Source: Octopus vulgaris
Taxonomy: Eukaryota
DNA length: 64,000 nucleotides
Reading direction: 5' to 3'
NCBI GenBank assembly: GCA_951406725.2
Contig: OX597819.1
Span: forward strand, 1,798,001 to 1,862,000
Below are positions 28,249 to 41,236 of the stretch, in pieces. A model generated the notes under the pieces. The model had not been told where the DNA came from. It saw nothing but the letters and a program-made list of their open reading frames with translations, and ran no database searches. The number at the start of each line of letters is the position of its first letter. Within the stretch, counting starts at the first letter, position 1. The position numbers and the translations under genes were made by a program.

Positions 28249-28914
28249 TAACGATTAAATAATTAAATTTAGAAAAATTAGAAGAAAAGTTTTTTTAAAA
28301 GAATATTTCTATAGTAGTGTTCAGATTTAAGTGGCATTCTGCCTTTCTCTGACTCCCTTGTTTGCACTTGTGTGTTCGAGGTAGTTGTGAGTTCTTGGTA
28401 GGGTAGTAGAGGGAAGGCTGGTGAGGAAAGGGGGTGGGAGAATCTGGGAGTGCCCTGATGGTCGTATTTTGAATGGTCAGTGGCGGCTGGCAGTCTCAGT
28501 TCAATTCAGGATTGTTTATAGAATTAGCGTAGGTGTTATACTAAAAAACATTAGTGACAAACTTAAGGGGTAGGGGGTGGAGAAGAAGAAGAAGAAGAAG
28601 AAGAAGAAGAAGAAGAAGAAGGAGAAGGAGAAGATGATGGTGATGGTGGTGATGATTATGACGACGATGATGATGATAACGATGATGATGAAGAAGAAGA
28701 AGGAGGAGAAGGAGAAGATGGTGGTGATGATGATGACGCCGATGATGATGATAACGATGATGATGAAGAAGAAGAAGAAGAAAAAAACAGAGAAGGGAGA
28801 ATATGAATGGGTGTAAATATAGCTATGAAGGGGCTGATTAGTAATGGATTCTATGGAGTGTAGTATTTGTGTGTGTATATATATTTTTTTCTTTTATTCT
28901 AAAGTTGAGGTATA

Positions 28915-29573
28915 TTAATTGTTTGTCGTAGACCCGTTAAGAAGTGGCTTGTATTTTGTAATAAAGAGATTTTCTTTACTTATTCTTTGTCTCGAGGTTG
29001 TATCGTCCCTAAATTGGTAGAGGGGGAAAATTCTGAAGTTTGGTGTTTTTTTGTTGGCGCAAGTATCTATGTGTTGGCTAAAAGCTATTTTTCTGTTTTG
29101 GGGAATTTTTATCTGGGATCTGTGCAGGGCCATTCGTTTACGCAAACCATTTTTTGTTTGGCCTATGTACTGCTCTTGACACCCGGAGCAGGTTAGTGAG
29201 TATATTAGGTTCTCCGAAGCACATGTGAAGTTGCTTTTCACTGTAAACCGTTGTCCCTGTTTGAAGGAGAACTCAGAACCCTCGATTAGATAGTCGCATA
29301 TCCCGCAATTGGGTCTTCCACATTTTTTTACTGTCGGCTTCTGTGTTGAAGAGTGAATTCGGGCTTGTGTAAGGAGACTTTTCATGGATCTAGGCTGTCT
29401 TTTGCTTTTTATGATCGTGTGTGTTTGGAGGATTGTGTTCATTCTGTGGTCTTTTTTTAGGAGGGGTATGTTGTGGAGGATGGTGTCGAAGGCTTCGTTA
29501 TTGAGAGGGTTGTGTGTGGAGATGTATGGTAAGGCTTTTGGTTGTAAGTTTTTCTTTGATTTGGGATGTCTCA
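28915..29573 (-). pseudogene. Penelope GIY-YIG endonuclease C-terminal fragment (RT domain missing)
   Basis: Motifs: Cys linker KCGRPNCGIC, NLIYSLTCSGC..YIGQT, RKRMALH, FSQH and KENLFITKYKPLLN. The ORF-track N-terminus upstream of 29573 is only microsatellite read-through. Confidence 0.9.
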
Positions 29574-29606
29574 TGTATATATATATATATATATACATAC
29601 ATACAT

Positions 29607-29675
<69 letters not shown>

Positions 29676-29678
<3 letters not shown>

Positions 29679-30217
29679 TGGCTGCCCACTCGTTATCGGG
29701 TATGGCCATTACACGAATGTTGTTATCGTGCAATGTATGTGCAAGAAGATTTTTTTAAAGTGAGGAAAGGCTGTGCACTGAGTCAATCCCACTCACTAAG
29801 CAACAGTAGTCATAATCCGAAAAGAAGAACAAGTCAACATCATCAGTAACCACTAAGCCGCAGACTTTATGTCGGAGTTATCCCAGTTACCCGAGTTACC
29901 TTCTCCTAGGAGGATGTCCTAACAAAGGCTAGGAGTCCTTCACTCCCAATGGTTGAACCGCGCGATCGGATATTCAGTCTGATTATTTCTGTCCCCGCGC
30001 ATGATACACTCTTAAGACATTTATTGGATGGCCGTTGACTCTCAAGAGTTTCTCCGCCCTTTGACGGGTTTTGTTTTTCATCCCGCAGAGTGTCCAATAA
30101 ACACCCTCCTCACCAAGCAAGCTTGGTGGGGTTGCCGGTTTAGTCGCCGACGACCCGACCGTGTAACGGGTTGTACTGGGTTACATGTTACCAGTAGCAC
30201 TCGAAAGTGACCTGACA
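29676..30217 (-). mobile_element. Non-autonomous retroposon-like repeat (LINE 5'-UTR-like)
   Basis: GC-richer island between (TA)n tracts. 30020-30190 has a diverged copy at 55000-55170. ctcctaggagaaggtaactc resembles RTE-type 5' UTRs. Confidence 0.5.
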
Positions 30218-30326
30218 TATATATATGTGTATATATGTGTATATATGGTGTGGGGTGATAAGGTGGTGTGGTGATGTGTTTGGTGAGGAGTGGGGTTTGG
30301 GGTGGTGTATTATGCAGGGGAGGGTA

Positions 30327-30360
30327 CTAGACTACCCGTGACCTGTTGGGTCACCGGGAA
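30327..30360 (-). mobile_element. Helitron-type 3' terminus
   Basis: Minus strand has the GC-rich hairpin cccggtgacc-caaca-ggtcacggg, then tagt, then CTAG|T. The 5' end was not identified. Confidence 0.6.
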
Positions 30361-33300
30361 AGTCTGAGTTTCCCAGCAACGGAATTTTGTTTCGTGAGAT
30401 TTTTTCTTTTCCTTGTTATTTCATATGCTTTCAATGCATGTGACATCGAAGTCGTGCGTAAACGGTTCCTTTTTCCCAGAAACGCTTTCTGAGTAGGGGT
30501 CAAAATTAACGGTCAAGATATGACTTGAAATGATGGGAGGATACGTGAAAAATCCATAAATACGATGAATTTAAAAGATCCAAACAATATATTTTTTAAA
30601 TCGTTTCCTTCTTAATGTCAAACGCATAACTTATATCACGATCGATAAAAATCTACGAAAATCCACAAAGAAGCTATGTAAAAATTATAGATGGATCAAC
30701 TGAGACGGTCGAGAGGAATTAAAGGATCAGAAAATATCCCAACGTATACCAAACAACAATGAGAGCAACAGCTGAGGCAGGGGAATAGCAATGCACATCA
30801 AGCAATCAATGAAAGTGGCTTCGAAAATGGCTTCAAAGAATACGTCCGACTTTCGGTTTCAAACCGATTTGTTCTGAAACAGGATACTTTTTACTCAAAT
30901 ACAACAGACGTTTGAGAGAAGTACAGTTAGTGCCAGATCTCTACGGGCTTCCTCTCTCTAAAATTTACCGGTGGTTTTTGAAAGCTGATAAAGCAGATTC
31001 TTTTCATAAGCAGACGTTTTAATTCATTGCAATTATTTTCCCTTTCATTTCAGTATGACTGAATCGTATTTTTAAGAAACCGAAAGCATATTTTGATAAA
31101 AATGTAGATACTTTCTTTTATCTACGATAAAATTTTCAAATATTGAATCTGGTATGAGGTTTGAGGTAAATATTTTCGAATTGTGAGCTGATCTATCAGT
31201 GAATTAATGGTAGCTGTTTGACTAGAGTTATAAACGTTTAAATGATTACTTTGGGCACCAGTAATTAATGCCAGATTTGGACATTAAAAGTGAATAGTGG
31301 ATTATTCCGATTTGTAGCACTTTGTGAGAAATACGTAACAGTGATGAATAATTGTGATTAAAAGAAGGGACATCAATACTTAAAGCAGAAATGCAGGCTA
31401 CAAAACCCGACAGTTATGAGTGACTCGCTGATTTTGCGCTACAATTGCGAAGTCGTTTTAAAATATCACATTAATTTTCATGAAAACTGTTTTATATACA
31501 TAGTTTATAAGCGATAACTGAAATAATAAATTCATCAAAAGTGTCATTGCACATACAGCTGGATACAATTAAATAAGATTTACCTACCTAAATAGGATTC
31601 TACAATCCGCAAAAGTTACTGTTGTATTCATGAATTAATGTCTCATTTTACTAGCCCATAAGGCCTAGGTGTGTTATTGGTTTTAATTTCAGAACATTAT
31701 TAAAAAGATGATATATTGGTAGACATATTTCCATTAATCGATATGAAAATGAAGCCATTGTAGAAATAAATATAAACAAAAAGTTTGCCTTGCATTTCGT
31801 CTATCATTACTGGTATACAACAGTAGAGTATTTCGTATCATGCTATATGTATCAAAGTTTCTAACCTAACTTATCGAAGGTGTGTATTTTAGAACATATA
31901 CTTTATATATGTATTAATTGATTTTAAATATGATACGCAATCACTTAATGTACATGCATTCGCTTAATGTACTTGCTAACTGTACTACTACAAACCATTA
32001 ATGTATCTTTTATATAGCATGCAAGAAGTGTATGTTAGTGAGTACAATAGATTATAGTATGTTCTAATTGTAATGCTGCAGGAAAATCGCTGAAAACGGT
32101 ATTTCGTGATAAACACACAACCACTCTGTTTATGTAAATAACAACGCTCTCATTTATACGAGGAAAGAAACATTTGGAGGCAGCTAAATGCGTGCACGAA
32201 AAAAATTGTTTTGTGACGTATAAATTCCATCAAGCAAAAATATAGTCGCAAAAATGTTTTAATTCTCAATACTGGCTGTTTCGATGAATGAAACTAAATT
32301 GAAAATTATTTGTCATAAACGTGACTAGCAATGAAGCATATAGAGTCAAATATAGAAATAACTGAATTGTTAAAAATGCATTTACATCCACATGCTATGC
32401 AAGAAAGTATTTCAAATATTACCCTAAGGGAAAATGCGAATTTAACAAATCCGAACAGATTCAAATATTGATTTTCCTCGTGTGTAATTTATTTTATCGA
32501 ATATCTCCACCAGAGCTAATGTAGTTCAGTAAAGATAGAATAAAAATAAAAATAAAAGTATTACAACGCTGAGCTAGCTAAGGCATCAAATATTCAACAT
32601 ATAAATCCCCTTTTATAAATAGGATTATTAATCCTTACGATATAGCAACTACTTGTTATAACATATAAAAGTTACCTTAATATGTTAATTATCCACTGTT
32701 TGCCGTGCCATAATAACTTAAGTAAATAAATGAAAAGTCACGTAACTATAAAAAGCAAGGATACGAACAGTTTCACTTTTGCACCTACATATTTTTACTT
32801 TTTGTTTCCTGTTGTTAACAATACACGAAGAAGGATTACTATTAATATGAATAGTTGCCTCGCTACCTGATGGTCGTTTATGATTTAAGCATGTAAACTG
32901 ATGTATAATTCAGATTTTGTTTTTGTTCTCAAATACTGTACAAGGCAAGTTATCTGTCAGCAAACCCACTGAAGCAGTCTCCTGTCTAAAGTTTTATCGC
33001 CTGAAACATACATTTTCTCCGTAATTACTTCTAATGCACAGTTCACTTGTTTGATTAGAGATCTGTTTGTTTTATGTTGTATTGTTTGTATAAATTCTAT
33101 TTCTTTAAACTTCTCTTTAATTTCCTTTATCATGTATTCTGAGTCACTGCATTCATTTATTTCTGTTGGCTCTAATCGTTCTACTCTTTTCTTAATTACT
33201 TGGCAGCTTTGAGCTTGAAGTTGTCTGTTCCTGGTGAATGAAAATTTTGCTGTTCTGTGGTCTGTATTTGTATTGTGGACGTACTATATTACTTTCCCTT

Positions 33301-34174
33301 AATATTTCTGTTTTTATATTTTTCTGTTCAGTTTAGTTATTCGACTGATCTGGTAAATGGCTCTTCATGCATTTGATAATTTTATACTATTTGTTTGTGG
33401 CCGATTTCAGGATTGCTTTTTCGCCAGAGTTGTTAAGTCGATTCAGTGTATTTACCTGAATGGTTTCGTTTGATAGTAAAGAATTGCATTGTATTCGGCT
33501 CTGATCCATTTCTGTCTAACTGGTGTGTTTGTATTGTTATTATTTTGACTTAACAAGATAAAATTTCACAATATGCCACTATGTTGTTCTGTTTGAAGTC
33601 TTATCGTCGAATAGTTGCTGTGTTTATTTTTTGAGTCCGTGGATTTTCGTGATAGAATAATATTCTAATTACCTATGTCTAGCATACAGAAGATTATAAA
33701 ACTTCTCCAAGTTGACTAACTGCTATTTATCTCAATACGTGAAGTAGTTTGGATAATAGTTATGGTTAAATATGGAGTAAACAAATTACTGCAATAAAAA
33801 AATATTTGCTGACGTACTTACAATTTTTCTGCGTAGCACACAGAGCTATTGAAACAAATTATTGAGGTTACAAACGATAAATTTGAAAACTAAAATTTTT
33901 TATTGACATATTACTTTTCGTGACGAACAATTCAGTTTACAATCATAATTGCTAATTTCCATTTTCTCTCTTATTTTTTTGAAATTTACACAATATTTTT
34001 AAAAAAAATTAAAATGCCTTTTTTAAAAGCCGCATGTTCAAGACATGTGCATCTATTCTCTTCCTAAGCATCCATTTACTCTTCCATATCTGTTACTTCA
34101 TTTATTCACAACAGATTAGATTGATGGAAAAATTTCTAATATTGGGCTACAAGTAACCTTATCAATTATTATTA

Positions 34175-34205
<31 letters not shown>

Positions 34206-34206
34206 T

Positions 34207-36460
34207 GGTGACGTCGTCGGCATAGGCAGACATGCTGTTTCCGCCTCCTAGATCGCGCGGGATACCCCTCAAAGCCTCCAACTTGCGCAGTAATGGCTCG
34301 AGAGTCAATATGTACAAGAGGGAGGAGAGAGGGCATCCTTGGCGGACCGAACTCGAGATGTCGAACGGTTCCGAAAGGTGATCGTTCACCCGTATCACCG
34401 AGCAGATGTTATACAGCAACATCTGCTCGGTGAACGGTCACCTTTCGGAACCGTTCGACATCTCGAGTTCGGTCCGCCAAGGATGCCCTCTCTCCTCCCT
34501 CTTGTACATATTGACTCTCGAGCCATTACTGCGCAAGTTGGAGGCTTTGAGGGGTATCCCGCGCGATCTAGGAGGCGGAAACAGCGTGTCTGCCTATGTC
34601 GACGACGTCACCGTGATGGTGTCGAGCCACAGGCACATTGGCCTGATTGGCGAGACACTAAACGAGTACGAAGCGGTGACAGGGGCAAAGATTAACGCGG
34701 AAAAGCCTGTGGGCTTGCAACTGGGCACCTGGAGAGGCAAGCCCATGCCGTCCAACAGCGTCGTAGGGCGCTGGGCAGACGGACCCGTTAAACTGCTCGG
34801 GGTCTGGTTCGGTCTGGACCTCCAGGTGAATAAAAACTGGGAAGAGGTGACGAGCAGGGTGGCACGTCTCACCTAGAAATGGGCCGAAAGGAAGCTGTCC
34901 CTGAAAGGTCGAGCGGAGGTGGCGAATGCATACATCGCATCCGTCATTTATTACCTATTTCTTTATTACCCACAAGGGGCTATACACAGAGGGGACAAAC
35001 AAGGACAGACATAGGTATTAAGTCGATTACATCGACCCCAGTGCGTAACTGGTACTTAATTTATCGACCCCGAAAGGATGAAAGGCAAAGTCGACCTCGG
35101 CGAAATTTGAACTCACAACGTAACGCAGACGAAATACCGCTAAGCATTTCGCCCGGCGTGCTAACGTTTCTGCCAGCTCGCCGCCTTAAATTTGATCCGT
35201 CATCTATTACCGCTTGACCGTCGTCCCTTATCCCAACCGCTGGTTGGCCAAGCTGGTACACCTGCTCTTCGACTTTTTGTGGAAGGGTCAGGTGCCACTG
35301 GTCAGGCGATCCATCTGCTGTCAACGACCGCTGAACGGAGGCCTTGGCATGCCGTGGTTACTGATGCGCAGACATGCGCTCAGGCTACGACATCTCAAGC
35401 GTTTCCTAGACGGTGACCAGGTGTGGTCGTCTTTTGTCAGACGCGACTTTCCACAGCTCGTCTCTTTGACGGAGCTGCAGACCCGGATCAAACGTAGACC
35501 GAGAAAGGGCGCTTGGCACCTCGAGTGCCGTCAAGCTCTCTCCGCCCTCCACCAGGCGGGCAATGCGATCGGTTTTAGTTCCACTCTAGCGTTCTATAGA
35601 GGGTTAGTGGAGGAAAAATGCGACGACGTTCTCGGGGAAACTCTAGGCGTTGATGATAACGAACTGAGCGGTCTGTTCGGAAGGACTTTCGGGCCGGGGC
35701 CAATGGATAATTTTCAGAGGGGCCCTGCCTGTTCGGGATAAACTCTACCGGCACGGAAGTGCCGTCAGCCGGGCCTACCCGAGGTGTTGCCAGGACGACG
35801 AAACCGTTCTGCACGCACTCGTCCAGTGCCCGAGTATTGCTGAACTATGGGTTTATGTCGAACAGCTACTGTCGCGTATAGGACAGATCCGGCTATCAGC
35901 CGAATCCATAGTGAAGATTGCCCCGCCGACCTCCTTTAACAAGGAGGGCGAAGCCGTTTTCCTGTGCCTAGTGGCTGTGGTGAAAGAGATTGTATGGTGG
36001 ACCGTTTGAAAGGGCTAAAGTCTGACACTTTCCTCTTTGGTCCAGGCCTCATCAACTTTTTCAAGTTTCACTTGAAAAGGAAGATGAGGTTAGAAAGGAG
36101 AGTGTTGTCCGATAGCAAGTTTTCTGAAAGGTGGGTGAATTGTGCGAGAATGGCCAGTATAAATGGGCCAATTCTCAGGTTTCGCCTGTGATTGAAAAAG
36201 GTTTTATAAAAAGAGAAAGCGGCTCTCTACCCCCCTTTTGACCAGGCTCCCGTTGGCTTTTATGGGGTTTTTTCCACCAGGAACCTTTCGAAGCGCCTCC
36301 CCCTATTGGGAGTTTTTCATTATTATAATCTTTCGTTGGTAAACAGTTTTTACTCGGATTTTTTCAAAAACGGACAAAACCCTCTGTAACCTTTCGTTCT
36401 GTTTTGTCCCTTTATGTTTACTAATCATGTGTGTCAGCCCTTGTGGCCAATAAAAAGAAT
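34207..36460 (+). mobile_element. 5'-truncated Tx1/L1-like LINE with fold-back 5' end, RT C-half, Zn finger and 3' UTR
   Basis: Motifs SVRQGCPLSSLLY, AY(A/V)DDVT, GAKIN, KLLGVWF, RKLSLKGR, FLWKG, GGLGMP and PRCCQDDETVLHALVQCP. ORF2 stop at 36191, AATAAA near 36449, and (ATT)n on both sides. Confidence 0.92.
34956..35194 (-). mobile_element. tRNA-derived SINE inserted in the Tx1-like LINE with a 17-bp target-site duplication
   Basis: A-box-like TGGCAGAAACG and B-box-like GAGTTCAAATT on the minus strand. atccgtcat(t/c)tattacc is duplicated at 34939-34955 and 35195-35211. Removing the insert restores the frame ..IASVIYY|RLTVVP.. Confidence 0.9.
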
Positions 36461-36462
36461 TA

Positions 36463-36515
<53 letters not shown>

Positions 36516-36517
36516 GA

Positions 36518-36590
<73 letters not shown>

Positions 36591-36595
36591 GTTTG

Positions 36596-36637
<42 letters not shown>

Positions 36638-36655
36638 TGATTGTTATTATTATGA

Positions 36656-36723
<68 letters not shown>

Positions 36724-36750
36724 ATTATTGTTATTAATATTATTGTTATT
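36461..36750. repeat. (ATT)n microsatellite at the LINE 3' end
   Basis: Direct reading of the sequence. Confidence 0.97.
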
Positions 36751-36846
36751 AAGGCGGCGAGCTGGCAGAATCGTTAGCATGCTAGACGGAATCATCCTTT
36801 CGGTTTCCATGAATTAAGTACCAGTGAAACACTGGGGTCGGTGTAT
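36750..36846 (+). mobile_element. Internally deleted SINE family A copy
   Basis: aaggcggcgagctggcagaatcgttagca..tcatcctttcgg..aagtaccagt..ctggggtcg. Confidence 0.7.
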
Positions 36847-39640
36847 TCTCTGTCTGTGTGTATTGGCATATCCCAGAGTATGGTTGCTTTGTCCTTTTCT
36901 GAGACCTTTTCTGTAGTGTGCCTATACCAACATTTTTCCGTTGTCATTCCATGGTGTTGACATAGCTTCCAATGTTTCTTATTAGCGAGAATTGGGCAGC
37001 CAGAGACTATATGATTTATTTTTTCTTCTCCATCGCCACATATTCTGCAGTTACTTGTATTTCTTTACATTATGTGTTTCTGTTGATTTCTGGTGGGAAG
37101 GTTTTGATCTTGTGCTGCAATTAAAAATCCTTCAGTCTCTGCTTTGAGTCGTGAGCTTTTCACCACTGTTGGCATTTTACTTTGTCTATTTCTTCTTTTC
37201 TGTTTAGCTTAACCCAACATTTGTCATGTTGGGTTATTTTTTGCCATCGTTTTATCATTATACTTTGTTGTTCCAGTTTCAGTTTGGATTTCAGTTGTTT
37301 TGCAGATTTTGTTGTTTCTTCTTTTTCTTCATAGTTGTCAGATACTATGGCTTCTTTCTTGTATTTTTCAGCTTCCTTAAAGACAGAAAAACAGTTTTTA
37401 TTTCCGTGTGTTCTGTGGCTTTACCAGTTTTCCTTGCTTCTAAATTAAGTATTTCTGTATTCCTGTGGTAGTTATTCTATAATAGAGTGTTCATATTATT
37501 TTGTTCTCATTCAGCTCTGTTTTCAATATTAATCTAACTCGTCTATAATATTACTTCCGTATCTTCTCTTTTATTCATGTATGTTGTATCTATCTGGTTC
37601 ACTGATTCCGAAGTATTTGTATGTCTGTTTTTGGTCTAATACTTTTATTTCATTTACTTTATATGGTGTGATATTGTTAATCTTATCTAATTTTCCTCTT
37701 TTCAATGTTGCTTTGGCACACTTTCCTCAGCCAGATTTCATGTCTATTTCTTTGGTAAATCCATGCACTGTCTGTAGAAATGGTTCCAGCTGTTTGCCAT
37801 TTGCAGCATACAGTTTTAGATCATCCATATACAAGAGATGGTTGACTGTTTTGCCGTAAACATTTGAATCCACATCCAGTTCTGTTTAGCATGTCAGATA
37901 AAGGATTCAATGCCAAACAGAAAATGAGTGGGAAGAGTGTGTCTCCCAGGAATATTCCTTTTTTAATATGGGTGGCTTTAGTTTTTATGAGCCCCTCTTT
38001 TGTCTGGAGCTGTAGCACTGTTTGCTTTTATTAATGGAATGTTTTATATATTTTATGATTATTGGAGCTAACTTGTTCATGTCTAGTGTTTCTAGGATCC
38101 ATGTGAGAGGAATACTATCAAAAGCCTTTTGATAATCGATCCAGGCCATGCTTATATCCTTCTTTTTCCTTTGGCTGCCTTCAGTTATGGATTTATTGAC
38201 CAATAGCTGATCTTTACAGCTGTATGAGCCCATGCATCATACCTTCTGTTCTTCTGGAAACAGGTTATTTTCTTCCAGATTTTGTCCATTCTTTTATTAT
38301 TACAATAACGGCTTTGTAGTTTTGTGGGTTTACGGTTTCAGTGGATTTGGGAATTAGGATAGATTTCCCTTTGCGAGCCACTTAGCTGTTGTCTCTGGCT
38401 CTTCTAGTATCTCATTAAATTTCTCAGCCAGCGTTTTATGTATACCTCTGAGATACTTTAACCAGAAATTGGGACCTTGTCGTGCTCGAGTGCCTTCCAG
38501 CTGCTAAATTTTTGCCTCTTCCGTTGTTATAGGAGTCCAGAGTTGTTCAGGTGATGTGTTTATTTTGATAGATTTTTTTCTAAAGTTGTTCCTTTGCTGA
38601 CCATATTTCTTTCTAAAATTCTTTCATTTCTGCTGTTAGTGCTGTATTGATCACTATTTTATTTTCGCCAAGTTCTTGGTAGAAACTTTAGGGGTTGGAG
38701 TTGAACTGTTTGTTTTGTTAAAAGAAAACGTTGCCATTTCTCATACCGACAGATTTTTTGTGCTTTGGTGAGGATATCTTGCTTTAGCGGTACTTTTATC
38801 TCAGGTGTACCTCGTTCTGTAATGTTGTATTTCCGTAGTATTTTCCTTCTTTTCTTGTTGCTTAGTAGTGTTGTTTGCCAACTAGTTTAATTAAGGATTG
38901 ACAGATCCTTTCTTTTATTTTCTATTTTTTCTGGATATTATCTATCCACAAGACTTGTTTGGGTGGTGATACTTCTGTTTGGGTGGTGATAATTCAACCT
39001 GATCATATTAATATTTGTTTCTGTAGCTATTAGTTCTGTAACGGCCAGGTTCATGTTATTTATAACTAGTATTGTCTTATTATCAACTTTAATTTTTGGG
39101 AGGTACAACCGGTAGTCCGTACTGAGATCTGCGGCTTTTAATCCTCTGATTATACTCATTTTTAGAGTATCATAATCATTAATTTCGCCTTCATCATTTC
39201 CAAGTTTTAGATTGTTCCACATTCTTTCCTGTTTATATTTTTATCTGTGGTGTTCTGGTTTGATGCCTTTGGTTCATTATGCATTCCTACGGTTTGGGTT
39301 TTTTGTCTTTCGTTACTTACTTCCTTTTTGTTAGACGTGTTACGTCTGTCCTCCTATTTTACAGTCCCAATCTACATTATTCTGATGTATTTTTCCTTTT
39401 AAGTTCTCTATTTCCATTTTTTATTTGTTTTGAGAATAGATCTCCGTATGTTAGCTCGTTTATTGGGGTTCATTGATATATTAAAATTTTTGTCTAGATT
39501 CTTCTTCTTCCAGATTTTATATGTATATGTTGCGTTTTCGTTCTGTGGTTAGAGCATTGCTGTGAAATAGGCACGTAGGATTGAAATATATTCCTCACTT
39601 GTCCATTTATCTTTTTTGGTTTTATTTTTTCGGGACATGA
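36847..39640 (-). mobile_element. Degenerate RLE-class LINE (R4/Dong-like) ORF
   Basis: Motifs KDQLLVNK, MAWIDYQKAFDSIP, KKGIFLGDTLFPLIFCLALNPLS, NHLLYMDDLKLYA, ETEGFLIAAQDQ and CRICGDGEEKINHIVSGC. Many stops and frameshifts. Confidence 0.88.
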
Positions 39641-40127
39641 GGAATAATGTCCGGCCCTTTATTTTGATGGACATCATTTTCGTAGGGTACCGGTCCGTTT
39701 ATTTCTGGTGTTAAATGGTTTTACACATGTAGTTTTTCGTACTCTTGTGTAATAAAGTACGCACTTTGTTATCTTTGAGTTGAATAATACGGGTATTATT
39801 CAATCTATTTTTCATTTATTTTTGTATATGATGGTTAGCGTGTCTACATGTATTGTGTAAGTGATGGAAATTGTACACAGTTAAAATATATTTAATTTTA
39901 TTTGGAAAATACAAATAAATTTTGAGTATTACTTACTGGGATATAGTCCAACACTTTATCAGTTATTCTAGGTTCCATTTGTTGTTCTTATTCGCGATGC
40001 TTCTGGAAAGATTTCGGAGCAGTGTTTTATCGCTCTAACATGTCAAACGTTTCCAGTGTTACCTCGTCAACCGCCCCGGTCAAACGTCCTCTGTTAAACG
40101 TCCCCACTGTCGCCTCCGTTGTTATTA

Positions 40128-40161
<34 letters not shown>

Positions 40162-40183
40162 CATTATTATTATTATTATTATT

Positions 40184-40950
40184 CTATGTTTGACTTTTGC
40201 TTTATATTTGTACAAGTTGGCTCCAAGTCTCACCGAGAGACCTCAAGAGACAGCAGGGCTGGAAGTTCATGTTGTTGTTGTGCCTAGTGTGCCATATATT
40301 TGGGGGGTGGGGGTGTTGTACTAATGAATGTCTAAAAAAAGTTTTTTTTTTTTTTTTAACTGAAAATTATGTTTGTTTTAAACCTTGAGATTACATAGAA
40401 AGTATTTTGCGTAGGATATGAGCAGTTCCCATGAGCACTATCTTTTGAATTTCTGCCATTTTTGGGTTTCCTGGTATCTGAGTTAGGTAGCTATCAGCCC
40501 CTTTTGCTATCATTCCCAGGGCACCTATGACAACAGGTATTGTTTTAGTCTTCAGGTTCCATATTTTGCTGATTTCTATTTCAAGATCTTTATATTTGCT
40601 CAGTTTTTGGTAGGTCTTGACAGATACGTTTATATCGATTGGGACAGTCAGATCAATGAGGAGGCATGTTCTTTGTTTGAAGTCTTTCAATATGATGTCT
40701 GGCCTATTTGCATCTATCTTTCTGTCAGTTTGAATGGTGAAGTTCCAGAGGAGTGAGATGTGGTCATTTTCAAGCACTGGGGGTGGTTTGTGTTCCCACC
40801 AGTTTTTTTCATGGAGCAAATCCAGGTTTTTACAGATTACCCAGTGAATATATTGTGCAGCTCTATCATGCCTGTTGAGATACTCTGTAGGCGCTAGAAG
40901 ACTGCACTTGGAGACAACATGATCAATGGTTTCATTTTGTTTTGTTTTGT
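40184..40950 (-). mobile_element. 5'-truncated R4/Dong-like LINE: restriction-like endonuclease domain, 3' UTR and (TAA)n tail
   Basis: Open frame ETIDHVVSKC..YLNRHD..NRPDIILKD..LLIDLTVP..KLSKYKDL..PVVIGALG ends at 40391. TAA repeats lie on both sides. Confidence 0.9.
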
Positions 40951-41006
40951 TTTATTATTATTATTATTATTATTATTAATATTATTATTATTATTATTAT
41001 TATTAT

Positions 41007-41051
<45 letters not shown>

Positions 41052-41193
41052 CAGCACAGTAGTAGTGGGTTGAGTGAGAGAGCAGCGCAGCCCTCAAAGT
41101 GACACTGGGATACAAATATACGAAGCCCAATATACCCATCATGACTACCCATCTGATAAGGGTACACCAGACACATGCATCACGACCATATGT

Positions 41194-41236
<43 letters not shown>

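Larger units (their letters stand above)
28157..29573 (-). mobile_element. 5'-truncated Penelope-like element (Neptune-like), endonuclease plus 3' pLTR region
   Basis: GIY-YIG ORF followed by a 3' region with a minimal hammerhead. Bounded by (TA)n tracts on both sides. Confidence 0.8.

Noticed and set aside
28577-28816. Poly-K/M ORF
   Set aside because: It is a (GAA)n/(GAT)n repeat inside the Penelope 3' region.
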